Assembly: GCF_036588685.1 (NCBI RefSeq)
Contig: NC_086377.1
Coordinates: 80,414,001-80,478,000, forward strand
Source: Mytilus trossulus
Lineage: Eukaryota
DNA: 64,000 nt
Direction: 5' to 3'
Position numbers and translations under genes: made by a program. This document shows positions 39,262 to 52,718 of the stretch, piece by piece (the first letter of the stretch is position 1; every line of letters begins with the position of its first letter). The notes under the pieces are model-generated. The model searched no databases and was not told the DNA's origin. It saw only the letters and a program-made list of their open reading frames with translations.

Positions 39262-39894
39262 GTAGGTTTATGTGTAGATTTTAATGCTGAATCTTTTCAC
39301 TGTTTAAGTTTATCTGTGATAGTTTTCAACACCATTGACGGAATAGCTCATACTGATTTCTTACAGTTTGTTCTTATATTGGGCGCTGCAACATCACAGT
39401 CCAAGATAAGGGAGGGTCCCACTGTTTAATCCCGTCATTTTTTTGTATGCGCATGTTCAAAGACATGTACAGGAGTCTGTTTATATTCAGCTGTGAACAT
39501 TAATTTTGTCTTTCTGTTATAGTTGTCAGGAGAAAATAAAATAAAACCCGAACAAACAAATTATTCAAAACTCGACATATAAGGAATATAACCCCCAACA
39601 GAAGTTCATCTGATAACTTGTATAGCAATGAACAGTTAAGTTCGATCATAACTTCCATGCGATTTTTTATGAATGTCAGAATATGTTTAAAACAAATAAG
39701 GATAATGCATATGATTGCCAAAAACACATCTACCAGATTGACGTAGATGTTAACAACTATGGGTCACCGAACGGTCATCTATGGGCAAAACCCTTATCAA
39801 ATAGTCAGCTATAAACGGCCCTGACGTTGACTAAAGTTTATGTTATTTAAACGATAATGCCAAAGACAATGTCAGGGTTTTCAAATATATAGTT

Positions 39895-40340
39895 TCTTAA
39901 ATGCCCCCTTATGTTCTATATTAGCCACGGTGGTCACATTTTTGTTGTTGACGGCGAAAAAAACCCTTAAAGTTATATATTAGCTACAGTGGCCACATTG
40001 ATTGTTCGGGGGCGACAGACACCTTTGTTTTCTAGATTAGCAATGGTGGCAACAAAACTTTTATCATGTATTTTAGCAACAGTGGCCACATTGATTGATT
40101 AGCTGGACACAAAAACATTGAATGTTTATATATATATATCCCACGATGGGCAAATTGACCAGTTGGCATCGTAAAACACCTTTACATACTATATTAGCCA
40201 CTTTGACAACGCTTATTGATTGGTTGGCTGCGACCAATTCCTTACTTTCTATATTATTATATTAGCAATGAAGAAATATTGATTCTGTGACGGGAACAAA
40301 AACCTATATGTTCTTTTTAAGCCATGTAGGTCATATTGAT
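39895..40340. repeat. Degenerate ~60-bp tandem repeat related to the Helentron core motif
   Basis: Recurring TATATTAGC(C/A)A..GTGGCCACATTGATTG resembling GTTCTATTTTTAGCCATGGCGGCCATCTTG of the 25.3-27.1 kb element. Confidence 0.5.
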
Positions 40341-42014
40341 ATGCTAGTGGGTACAACATATTTGATAACACTTACATAAGGAACAATTGGGTTGAAATAT
40401 GTTTCACCAGGTGTTTGAGAGCGTTTTAGACGACAGAAAACGATAAGCAAATAATAATAAAACAAACGCAAAGAAAACATTGTAACAAATACCACGTTGT
40501 GTAGTTTCAAATGATTTGTGGTTCATGAACACAATATCGAATTTGCTATTGCTTGGATTAATTGTTGGTGCAGATTTTATTTATCTATTTTGTTGTTGAA
40601 AGCGCGATAATCCATACCTTTATATTATCAATTATCAACTTTTGAGCGTCAATGGGAATGTCAACGTATAAAAGCAAAGACTCAAACAATGTTATTAATA
40701 TGCTTATTGTCGCAATTGACTGGTCGTTAGAAAATATTTCGTGAAAACAAATAAACAATTAATACATCATGCAATTGCTACCCGAGATGAATGTCGGGAA
40801 AATGTGGAAATGTGTGAGTATATTGGATAGGGACATACATCCTTTTTTTTGCAAAAGGCTACATATGGACCTCTAACGGAATTGTTGTAAAGGTTCAATA
40901 ATTATACAATCGCCTTTCAATATGAATGTTACAACGAGGTGGTCCTAACTTAACAGAGGTATATAACCCGGGATTTACATGAAGGGGGCATGCTACAATG
41001 ACGCTGTCCTAATAAGCATTGAACTTACGAAATCCAACAGTGTATGCTTCATTAAGGCCGTTATAACTTAATACAGACATTGTACCCAATAACTCTTAAG
41101 GGAGCATACTACAACCAGGCGGTCCGAATGTAATAAAAACACACGAAGAAGCCTTGAATCTAAGAAACCCCGTATAGGTGCATTCTAAAAATTTTGTGTT
41201 GGGTTTTATTTAAATGATAGTAATACATATATTTAAACTGATAATAAAATAACATTCTAAGATTTGATAACAGTGTTTATTTGGTACGATGTTACCTTTT
41301 AGAAAAAGTATATTTAAAGGGGCACTAGCTGCGAGATGCATTATAAAAAAATCTAATATATTTTTTTTTGGCTCAATCAATAATGAAATGCAAATTGTGA
41401 AATAATTATTAGCTTTTAGCAGCCAGTATGGTTCGGTTCTGTCAAAATAAGCTAAAAAACATTGACTATGAATTATTCAATTGCAAGTCAATAATTCTAC
41501 TTCATTGAATCCGTATTCATGTGAAATTTAATTTAACCCCTTAGCTTGAGATGGATAACACGTGAATTGTATGTGTAAAGTTATTTAAAGGAAAAGAATG
41601 TCGACATTGAAAGTTCACGGGATCGATGCGGTTAAGTACATAATTAAAAAAAATGGAGGTGCTTTATCGATTGTTACTTTTTTTGTATTACAGGTATTAA
41701 TGTTACCTAGCATACTGTCTTTAAAGGACATTTTATTGTATTCCAATTTCCAATGCCAGTAGTTTTCTATCATGTTCTATATAATGTAATAATTACAAAA
41801 ATGTTTGGCAATCTTAGAGAAAACAAAATTTTGTATTTCTTCATCAGTTTTAACTCGTTTCCTGCAGTAAAACTCATTTTGAACATAGATTTTTAAAACA
41901 GTTATTTTTTTTTTAAATAAGACATATAAATAATATTTCATATCAACACAGATGTGCTGATCTGATGATAACAATAAATTATTACTGTTGTTAAAAATAT
42001 CTAAATGAGCAAAC

Positions 42015-45000
42015 TTAAACACTAAATGATAGTCCTGCAAATTGTCCAGTACTAATGTTCGTTTCATTACCACCAACTGACGAGTCCTTGAACTGTAAAG
42101 TAACCCCAGATTGCGGTTCTGTGACAGATTCTTTACAGTTTGTTCCATAATAAGTTTGATTAGACATCCCATTCATTTGAATTGTGTAATCCCTCCTAGA
42201 ATTAATATGAATTGGTTTACAAAAGTTCACTTCCATAACTTTATCGTAATTTGGACCATAGATCAATCGTTGATCGTGGCGAATTGTTTCTTCATTTGAA
42301 TCATTCAGTATTTGTATGCTTATGTTGACGTAGTTACTGACATTTCCGGTGGTATTATGATATCCGGAAGATTGCGCAACGTAAGGAAGAAAAATATGTA
42401 CACCTTTAAGCCAAATATCATTATCCGAGAAAAACATTATAGAATGTATTCCTCTTGATGTCATAGGTTGGCTTATCTGTTCATATCGATTGACTTTAAA
42501 GGTCTCTCGTTGCGTAACGGGAATTCTTTTGCTGTTACAAAAGATTTTTGATTCTTCACCGAAATGTGACTGATAAATGGATACCGTCTCGTCATTTGTA
42601 AGTAAACCAGACACAGCGACCTTTTTTGAAAACAATTTCATATCAACATCTTGGAATCTAATCAAGTACAAATTATTCCCCAGAACGTCGCGGATGTTTC
42701 CACCAGAAGGCTCTAAATTTGCAAGCGTACATTGATGTTCACCCCATTTTATGATAAAATGGCAGATGTCTGTTTCTGAGCAGTTGAGATAACCTGAATT
42801 CAAAATTAGCTGTAAACAATCCTTGGAAAGACTTAATGCATATTCGGACAGCAGACATTCCTTTGTATTAATCTCAATATAGTCAAGACTTTCCCGCTGA
42901 AGATCTGATAGATTGTGTTGGTATGCGGTTTGTAAAGCCTTGGTTGCATGCTCTGATTGTGCCGTTTGTTTAAGAACTGTCTCACATCCTCTTTTAACTG
43001 CAGCTAACATATACTTATCAGCAGCATACAGTATCTCCTTCACATTGTCGTTTGTAATTGTAATTTGATCGCAATAAATATATCTGTAAGATAATTTTTA
43101 AATCAGATTTATTCCATGGCACATACAAGTGTAACATATTGAAAGTTGGAAATAGGTGTTATTTGAAAGAAATTGGAGTCAATCTAATATATAATCTTGA
43201 TAACAGCTAAACAAGAATAAGGAGATATGGCATGATCGCCAAAGATACAACATTTACCGTAGACGAAATGGAGTGGACGTTATGATACAGAATACAATAT
43301 TATTATTTGAATAGGAAAGTCGCATGGCTAAATGTAAAACAATACAAACGGCATGATTTCTTACTAAACAATGAACAAAACCAAATATGACAAACAGAAA
43401 CCGACGACTACTGATCATAAAGTTGAAACTTTAAAAAAAAATATATATCAAGAAATATCACAATGGAATGTACACTAAATTGGCAATTTGCACAAAAAGC
43501 TATGATACATGTACGAAACAAATGAGAAAAATATATCTAGGCTATTGAACAAAGTAGACAAAAAAACCCAGTATGATTAAGGTTCCAAAACTCTATTAGA
43601 AAATCCTGTACATTTGATTAATACATGAAATCAAAACAGTATTTAATAATAGTGCAGAAATATATTCGTGGAAATATTTATTTTGCACAGTCATTTACAG
43701 CGAGTATGAAGCTATAGGTAGAGCATAGCATCGATTCATCATCCAATGAAAACACTCATATCAATTGCCTGTTTATTATTTATAATATGTATGTTTCATA
43801 CAAACAGGTTTACATAGACAACTTTGCTAATGAATATTCATTTCTTATAGTTTTTGATTGAATTAAAAAATCTTTTTTTTACAATAAATTAGAAGCGGAG
43901 TAACGTTTTACGTTTTATTTAAATATTTACGCCGGGAATAGGCAGTTTAGTAAATTAATGTGTTTTTGGTGTATTCCTCATGCATGAAACTTTGTTATGC
44001 TCTAGGTGTCTTTTCTTCCTATATATACACATAGTTTTTAAAACTCAAATCTTTTATATTCACACAGAAAAGAACAACTAGCATACTACTTAATATCATT
44101 CACGATTGTGGACCTTTAATTTAGTTAAAAAAGCAACGAAAAAAACCCCAACAAACCAGCAAACAACTGCAGTTTTGAATTGCAAATATTGCAGAGTTTA
44201 TAAACATCCACTTGGTCCGTAAACATTACCTTACTTTTTAGTTTTAAATAAAATAATTCAGACACGAAGAACAATTTTTATGTCTCTACTTCATTTAGAT
44301 TTAATCTGACCTCGATTGAATGATCAGGTCATATGTACTTTTGGACACCTCCCAATCTTTTTTACCTGTTCGGGTGTATTGTAAACAAATGTGTATGTGT
44401 CAAAACTTTATAACTATTACAATTCGATCAAATGTGTTGTACTGAAAATGCATGAAATACGTGCAAATGGACATAAAGCAAACAATCAACAAATGCATTA
44501 ATTCTTGCACGATTCACCGAGAATAGAACGGAACCATTTAGAATGACATTTTACATGTAAAGTTTCAATCAGTTTACGATTGATTTATGCTTGAATTCTT
44601 TTAATAGTTCATAATTTCACTTCAGTACTTTCAAAAAAATAATTACAAACGCTTTCAAGGTGCATTGCAACAACTTTATATCAATCAAAACAATACAACA
44701 ACAAAATACATGAGCATGATGGGATAAAAACACAAAGATGTCACCAAATAAATGTTTACACATTCTGTAGCACTTCCCCGAAAATACACATGAAAAGCAA
44801 ATATATGTAATCGGGATATGACAGGTTTTTTTTTATCGATTGTACCATTGTAAAGTACATACATATAACTGGATTTATAAATGAACATGATCAATAAGCA
44901 ATTGATTGAAATAAAATTTGCAAATCAAACCTTCAACATGCTTGTGAATTAGCTTATAATTATCACTAAATTTAATTTAGATTGAAAACTAATTTTTAAA

Positions 45001-46627
45001 CTGAATTGTAAAACTAGTTTTCCAATGTTTATGTTCTGATTGGTTCTCTGCTTAACTATGGACTCTACCCAAAGGCTTTTTGTACCTTACCTGATAATGA
45101 TTTCATGGTTGAGCTAACAAAGAAGCTTACCAAAGAATCTACATGTACATGTAGCTTCATACTCGTTGGAATCTGCTGGAACTAAGAAATTAGATATGAA
45201 AACAGTGTTATACCACAAATAAATATCTAAGCTACTGGATTTTTAAATTTGACATTTTTTGTAAAAACAGGTTAATAATGATGCTATAATCTAGAGTTTT
45301 ATGTAATTACTTGGCGTCCGTTGTCCGTCGTCTGTCTTCGTCGTCCTCGTTCGTTGACTTTAAGAAACTTTAAGAAAAAATGTTCTCCTTTGAAACCACT
45401 AGGCCACATTTATCCAATCTTCGCAACAATTATCATTCGGGTCTCTATTTAAAAAAGTATATTCAATGACCTTGTCTGCCAACAAACATGACCGACACGG
45501 CTAAAACATAACATAGGGGTAAAATGCAGTTTTTGGCTTAAATTTCTGAAACCAAAGCATTGAGAACGAAAATGTTTATCAGGTTAATTCTATCTGCCCT
45601 GAAAGTTTCAGACGAATCAGAAAACCCGTTGTTGGGTTGCTAACCCTGAATTGGTACTTTACAGATATTTTGCAGTTTTTGGTTATTATCTTGTTCATTA
45701 TTAAAAATAGAGATAAATGTAAACACCAATAATGTTCAGCAAAGTACGATCTACGAATAAAACAACTCACCAAAATTGTCAATGGAATCTTTTAGAAGTT
45801 ATTGCCATTTATACATGTTATAGTCAATTTTTCGTAAATTTTGTTATCTTTTCAAACATTTTCCTCTCTTAGTCTACTGGGCCAAATAGAATTAAACTTA
45901 AGGCATCTTGATTGAAAAATGTATCCGATGACCCTGTCATCCAACCAAGATGACCACAGTGGCTGAAAATAGAACAAACGGGGTTTACTATAGAAGTCTA
46001 AGGAAAAACTGTCAAAAAAAACCCAATTTCAAATGAACACAACCTGAGAACTAATTTAGATAATGATTAGGGGTCTTCAGTAACTATTATGAGACTACAA
46101 TGAAGTAAATTAAATCCGCGTTAATTCACCTTCGGGGTTAAATTAAACCAAACTTGGCCACAGTCATTATCAGGCTATCTTATACTATCAATTATGGGTT
46201 TTATCTTATTTTACATGATTTCCAAAACAACACTATATACAGGTAATCGACAAAGGTTCTTCAGAGTCTCTAGGCTGAACTCCAAATTATAAATTAGTCA
46301 AATGAAGAAATATCTCTATGCTATTGAACAATTACTGCTTTGCTAAAGACAACCATTTTGTGGAGATACTCACTTCAGAATATCTCGAAAGGTATTTTCT
46401 TCAATATCAGGTATTGTTATTTCTCCTTTTTCTGGCAGAGACCCCTCAAACATGGTATGGAAGACGGCACTTCGGCTCGACAACATATACTTGTGTGCTT
46501 TAATAGGTATTATATCATGGCCTACTCTAAGTGTGACGTCACACATGATTTCGTTCTGTAGCATAAACATCATACATTCAGGCAAAGGTTTATTATCCCG
46601 CCAGTCTGCTGAATACTGTACATCCAT
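42015..46627 (-). CDS. BTBD3/6: BTB/POZ domain protein, BTBD3/BTBD6-like (BTB-BACK-PHR), paralog 1, 440 aa
   Basis: Exon 46374-46627 (CDVTLRVG..IKAHKYMLSSRSAVFHTMFEG; donor gtgagt, phase 2) plus exon 42015-43083 (YIYCD..ILYAADKYML, BACK SETDIC..WG..C, LIRF, PHR end NETNISTGQFAGLSF). The ATG directly follows an AG acceptor. Confidence 0.92.
45290..46275 (-). mobile_element. Degenerate Helentron/HINE-like copy in the BTB paralog 1 intron
   Basis: Reverse complement of the 25305-27092 core (GGGGTAAAATGCAGTTTTTGGCTTA; TTGGGTTGCTAACCCTGAATTGG), GTCCGTC microsatellite, terminus AGAGTCTCTAG. Confidence 0.65.
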
Positions 46628-48000
46628 CTGTAGTGATATGAGGGATACGATTATACACACAATGCTACTCTTATATGTAAGACTCAGATCGACGTCCACA
46701 TATGACGTCACAATGAAATAAGATTACAAATCGACGGTCACTTTTATTCGCCTCTAATCGACGTCCAATTTTTGACCTATAAAGTAGCAAGTCGCAGTTA
46801 GCGTTATAGCTAAGAAATGGGAAATCGAATCATAACATGTGCCATATATTACGTAATATATTTAGAAGTCATTAACTTTAAAGCGGTTGATTTTCGCAGG
46901 TATCAAATGTTCAAAATTCAAGGCCATATTCTGTTCACGAGATTTTCTATAGAAAAGAATTTTACATGTTATATATTACTTATTTATATCATGACGAAAT
47001 TTGCGAACATTTTTCATTTCCACTTTTCAGTAGTGTTTAATAAACATATATATTGAATAGTAAGGATGCACCTTATCTCTGTAAAAAACATTTTTTTTAT
47101 ACTTGTTTCACGCATATATATTAAAGGACAAGTCGTTATTCTTTAATTATGTTGAACAACAAATATCAATAGATTAAGTACTGGAAACGACATTAACATA
47201 TATGGTATGAATATTAATAATATAAAAAGATTTTTTAAAGAACATCTAAGGTTCAAATACTTTAAATTCACCTCAGAATGAGCCTTATTCCTTCCAACTT
47301 TTTGTTTATTCATTCCAGATTCGTAAAGCCTTCAAAAGAAATATTATACATTAAATGAAAATTATTAAATGCTGCGAAAAGCGTGATAATAATTCTCCGG
47401 GCGGGTTGTGGCTCTTTGACAATTCCAAGTTTCCATTATCTATGATTTGTTTTTTATTGAAATGAAAATAGTTTAATGTTGAAAAACTTTCCTTCTGCTA
47501 AAATGTAAAAAAAACAAAAAAAACATTCAAAACGAGGAGGTCCATTATACTTTATCATCCAAAGGAACGTCAGTTAAAACAACTGTCACATTTATGATTT
47601 TATGATGGGTTAAGCCTGATAGTATAGCTAGCTAAACCTAACACTTGTATAAACGTTGTTTATAGTTTATGTTATATTGAAAAAGGGGAGGAGCAGGCCG
47701 ATTCAAGTTCCTTTTTTTGTAATTTTGGAATCTATATTCTCCAGTAAAACATTTCACTGTGACAAACTGTCCATGACAATATTTCACTGTGAATTCATGT
47801 CCATGACAATATGGTCTTATAAAGTTCATTTTCCGTGTCTTCCTCTTGAAAAGTATGTGTATAACCTTGAAATTCTGCACCACACTAAATATTAATCAAT
47901 TATAGTACACCAGAATGAAGCATCCACATTTTATATTATTAACTAAAAATATGTGTGAATGACTAACGTCCGTTAAGTTTATGATCTGTCAATCACTTCT

Positions 48001-48371
48001 GGTTACAAGAGCGCAATTATTTGTTTACATTTTACCGGCAAGTTTTTTTTTAAAAGAACTCAGAATAGACTCATGTATGGCTTCTGATTGGATGATACTT
48101 AATTGAAATGACTTTAAATCGAAAGCTTATTCAATCATTTTTAAGAAATGCCGAAATTCCTGTTCACATTTTACAAAACATATAGAATATCTTCCATTGC
48201 TGCACGCCGTAGCCAATAAAAGTATGCCTTTGTCATTAAGTGAAAAAAACAGACGATCTTTTTCAACTGCATTTTAATTAATTTTTGTTTGTGTAGTCAT
48301 CGAGGAAAAAAATAAGGAACACTAGTGTTACCTTTGGCAAATGCATTACGAATAATTGCGCTCTTGTAACC
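48001..48371. mobile_element. MITE with 21-bp perfect TIRs and 4-bp TSD
   Basis: GGTTACAAGAGCGCAATTATT / AATAATTGCGCTCTTGTAACC; TSD TTCT on both sides. Confidence 0.85.
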
Positions 48372-49470
48372 TTCTTGTGTATGTTTGGTATTATCAATGA
48401 AATAAAACACTTTTATGATATCATTGTCAAAATATTAATGTTTAATATCCCCCTTTTTATGAAAAAAAATTCCGTACAATATTGTCTTAACTTACAAACA
48501 AGACATCTTTGGATATCCTCTAATCAATGAAACATTTTTTTATTATTACTATCAATCTATGAAAAAAGTAAGATCACAAAAATACTGAACTTAGAGGAAA
48601 ATCAATGCGGAAAGTCCATAATCACATGGCAAAATCAAATAACAAAACACATAAAAAACGAATGGACAAGAACTGTCATATTCCTGACTTGGTACAGGTA
48701 TTTTCAAATGTAGAAAATGGTGGATTAAACCTAGTTTTAAACATTATACAATATAGACAGCATTTCCTTACCTGAACGTTTTTAATATAAGGGTACAAAA
48801 TTTCCAGATACATGTACTTAATCACGAAATATTGTATTAATATCGTATTGAAATAGCAATGAATTTTTGCAATTTATTGTTCTCATATTCCTCACAGTTT
48901 TGTTAAATTGTTTTCACTTTGTACAATTAAGCTGCATTTACATCAAAAGATATTTTCCTTAAGTATCGAGGATATTTAACTTTGTAATAGAGAATATCGT
49001 TAGGTTATTCATAATATAACTAAAATAAAAACAAGCATAACGTACCCAGTTTGTCCCGACTCGTTTTTGTCAATTATCCTTGTGATAATCATTGACATAA
49101 TTTGTTATTTAGTCTATAGAATTTGACGCTTTTCAATACATAATTATCGTTGCAATTATTGTATTGTATATGTCTCAGTAAGATATCCAGTGTCATGTAA
49201 CGCTGTTTATTATAGAAAGTCAATCGGTTTATCTTAAAATCAGTTTGTTAAAATAAAATAATTTTTTTCTCATTAAGGAATTAGCACGGGGGAATATTCA
49301 AAAGGCTTTTGTACGTAACCAGTGGTTATCATCACAATACATTTAAAATACAACCACGGGGGAAATACACAAAGGTGTGTAACTTATATCAGATGTAAAT
49401 GGACAAACTCAGACATGTTAGGTATTACCATTAACGGATACACGTATTTCTGTACAATCAGATTACACAG

Positions 49471-49644
49471 CAGGCGCGGATCCAGACGGAGGGGGGGGGG
49501 GGGGGGGGGTTCCGGGGGTTGGAACCCCCCTTTTTCGGACGATCAATGCATTTGAATGGGGCCATGTAATTGGACCCCCCCCCCCCCCCCCCTTTGTCCT
49601 GGGTTAGGAACCCCCTCTTGTTAAAATGGCTGGATCCGCCCCTG
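49471..49644. mobile_element. MITE with CAGG.GCGGATCCAG TIRs and 5-bp TSD (hAT5-like)
   Basis: CAGGCGCGGATCCAG...CTGGATCCGCCCCTG; TSD CACAG at 49466-49470 and 49645-49649; internal poly-G/poly-C runs. Confidence 0.8.
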
Positions 49645-49705
49645 CACAGGAATGTGTTGGAATCATAACAATTGATGGTTACCTTACTTGTCGAGACATA
49701 TCAGA

Positions 49706-50839
49706 CAGGGGTTAAAAATTTTTGTTACAGCTAACTAGCCCAGGACTTATTGGCAGCAGGATTTTACTAGCCCTGTTGGAAGAACTGCTAGTCCATCAAA
49801 ACTGACCTGCTACCCCTACTATGCCTTAAAAAACAAGAGTTTGCTGCATAATACAAAGTGGGTGTCCTTTGTTTTGAAGGAGACATTATACACTGTATTT
49901 AATAATTTTTGTTGATCTGTTATTTATTCTTTTGGTGCTTAACCTAACTTATATGTTCCCACATTCAAAGCAGACTTTTTATTTGCGTGCTTGGGGCAAC
50001 AAACGGCAATATTCACAGAGCATTGTCTGTTTTTATCATCAGCAACAGCCAACCTTGCCAGGGGAATCATTGTGTCCCAGTTCTGCCAACTTTTCAGGAA
50101 GTGAATGTGTGATATTTTGGCCAAATTGTAAAGATCAAAGAGAAAAACAATAGACCAGAGGAAAATGCCGCCAAATAAGCATGAACATGTGTGAGTCTCG
50201 CGCTAAAGACTTGGCAGCCCTTCTGTCCTGGACACTATTAATTTTTTTCCGCGGCTTTTCTCTGTCGTATTTAGCATTTTTTGGGGATGAATTTTCATCC
50301 TCGTTACTCCTTTCATCTACCGTTTTTCGTTTTGAAACTGACGAAGTTCCTGGGGTTCCTTATAAAAATATTAAAAAATATTTTGTTGCATGGTTTCGTG
50401 CTCAAAAGCTGTGCAACAAGACAGGTCAATACCAATCAATACATCATACCCCCAAATACCGTTAATTGAAAATCTCGGCACGATAAGCAATGTACAATAC
50501 CCCAAGCCATGGTATGAGAAATCGATATTTAAAGTACGAGAATTGCAAGCAACACATGATACCAGGCCACCAGACATGCCAGAGTTATTTGTTCTATTTT
50601 TAAAATATGTACAACAGGACCTGTACAAACCAGTTCAAATTCTTGGAATCCCAGATGATTTAATTGAATCGAATTGGCTAACATAGAATAGTGATGAAGG
50701 GATTTTTCACTTTCTATTTTGAAAACGTCAAGATTTTTTTGTTACTAGTCCGTCGGGCATATCGGATTACACATTTTAATTGCCCGAGGCTTAAAAGATC
50801 CAGTCCCGGGCGTCGGGCTAGTGGATTTTCTAACCCCCG
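49706..50839 (-). mobile_element. Non-autonomous hAT-like element with 6-bp TSD (hAT6-like) carrying decayed TTF zinc-finger coding remnants
   Basis: TIRs CAGGGGTTAAAAAT / ATTTTCTAACCCCCG; TSD ATCAGA at 49700-49705 and 50840-50845; frameshifted minus-strand fragments KYDREK, FLKSW, FPW, MLCEYC and ANKKSALNVGT. Confidence 0.65.
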
Positions 50840-52718
50840 ATCAGAGTATGTTCTTTATTTCAATAACGAAGGTCAGTACAATGATCATGAAGCCAACGAG
50901 GAAAGTTAACATGCGAACTGGAAATCAATTTATAATGTTTATGTATAGGATTTAGATCATGATCCCATACGGTATTCAAAAACTGTTGAGTTAGATAAAA
51001 GTACATTGTGTATGCATGATGATTAAACATCTACACACGCTAAGATACATATGAAGAGATCAATGACAATTAGGAAAACAAACCCTCTATGATTACCTTG
51101 AAGTCACGTAACATGTCATAGAAGTCAGTGTTATTAAGGAAAGCAATGAATATGCACGAAAAAATAATGAATTACATATAATGATATGTCTGGTGTTAAA
51201 TGCTTAAGAAAATCGTTAGAACTGAATGCATGATTTTGGTACATTTACGTTAAATAAATAATATTTTGAAAATGTTTCTTAACGGAACATTCCATTTATA
51301 AACCATTCAACTAGAGTATATATAAATATACATTCCACAGACGACACTGTGACAAAGAGATAACAAGTACTTCACGGCATCATTACAAACAGAGCCGGCT
51401 ATAAAAAAGATTCACCGAAAAAGGATTATCATGTGGTAACAGCACACCAGCCGGGGAGAACTTTTCTATATAAAGAGAAATACGTAAATCATTTTAAACA
51501 GGTTGTTAGGTTTGTGTTTACTTATCATTTACCATTTGATAAATTGTCACACTTTAACCGCTAAAATTGGGAAGAAATCGACAAAAAACCCAAACTTTGC
51601 AAAAATCTTTCCTGAGCCACTTACACAAGCATAAAAGATATGAATTTTCAACTCAACCAAACTCCATGCCAGCAGGCTCATTTAAGGGTTGTACACAAAA
51701 AACACACGATGCACTTAATAGTAAGTTATTACTGCACACCGATACTTTCAGGAGTCATTCGACTGATATACGATATGTATCATTGGCAAATTGTGAATTA
51801 TCAAAGTGAAAGCATTGTGTATTGTTTTACTGGAAATGTGACAATCGTACAACAAGACCTCCTATTCAGTTGTCATTTGTGATTTCTTGTTCAACTTTTG
51901 TTAAATTACCAGAGCAAATGACGCCATGTTACGGCGGTTGCTGATGTATGATGTATTTTTCCGAAATATTTACTGAATTGTTTTTGTTTTAGTTCAAAAT
52001 GTTTTGTTCATTTTTTAGACGTATACTATAAACGCATATATATAACAAATAATATAAGACTTGGTTTACAAAAAAAAACCAACATTACCGGAATTATGAG
52101 TATTTGTTTTAAATGGGGAAACATCCCTTCACCTATTGGCTATATTTATAATATATATTTGATAAAACTCAAAACAAATATTGTAAAGGAACAATAATAA
52201 TCAAAACCATGAGTAAACAAAGACTCAAAAAACCAATAGACATTTACTTCAATAGTTATAAATAATAAATAAGAAACAATATGAACTCCATTTAAAACCG
52301 GGAGTGAGATCAGGTGAACCCCAAATAAGAAGCTTGTTCATGAAGATAATTTCCTGTAAGTACAAAAATAAAACCGACAGCAATTTTGAAGCAATAACTG
52401 TTTATTCCCTTCAGATATGTTAAGTACCACTCAGTCTTTGAATTTCTTTTTTGTGTGTTTTAAAGTGCTGTTTGCTTTTTGGTCTTTTTTGTCCGTTCAA
52501 TTAATTGTAGACTGATAAGTGTGAAGGGCCCTGTTGGTATCTTTCGCTTGTTAAGTTAATGTTTTATTGAATTCTATAATTCTGCTTTCATACAAGTTTA
52601 TTAAATACATAAGTATAATAGTTCAATTTTATTACCAACTACGTAGATTTTAATTGTTTGATTTAGTAAATTATTCAAAAGCAAGTCAAAATTTTATAAA
52701 AAATAAGAATGCATTAGT

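Noticed and set aside
41314-41724. Kolobok-like element starting TTAAAGGGGCACTAGCT
   Set aside because: A matching right TIR could not be identified, so boundaries are unsupported.
46703-46710. CRE palindrome TGACGTCA near the paralog 1 ATG
   Set aside because: A single intronic 8-mer not seen at the equivalent position of paralog 2; the same 8-mer also occurs in coding sequence.
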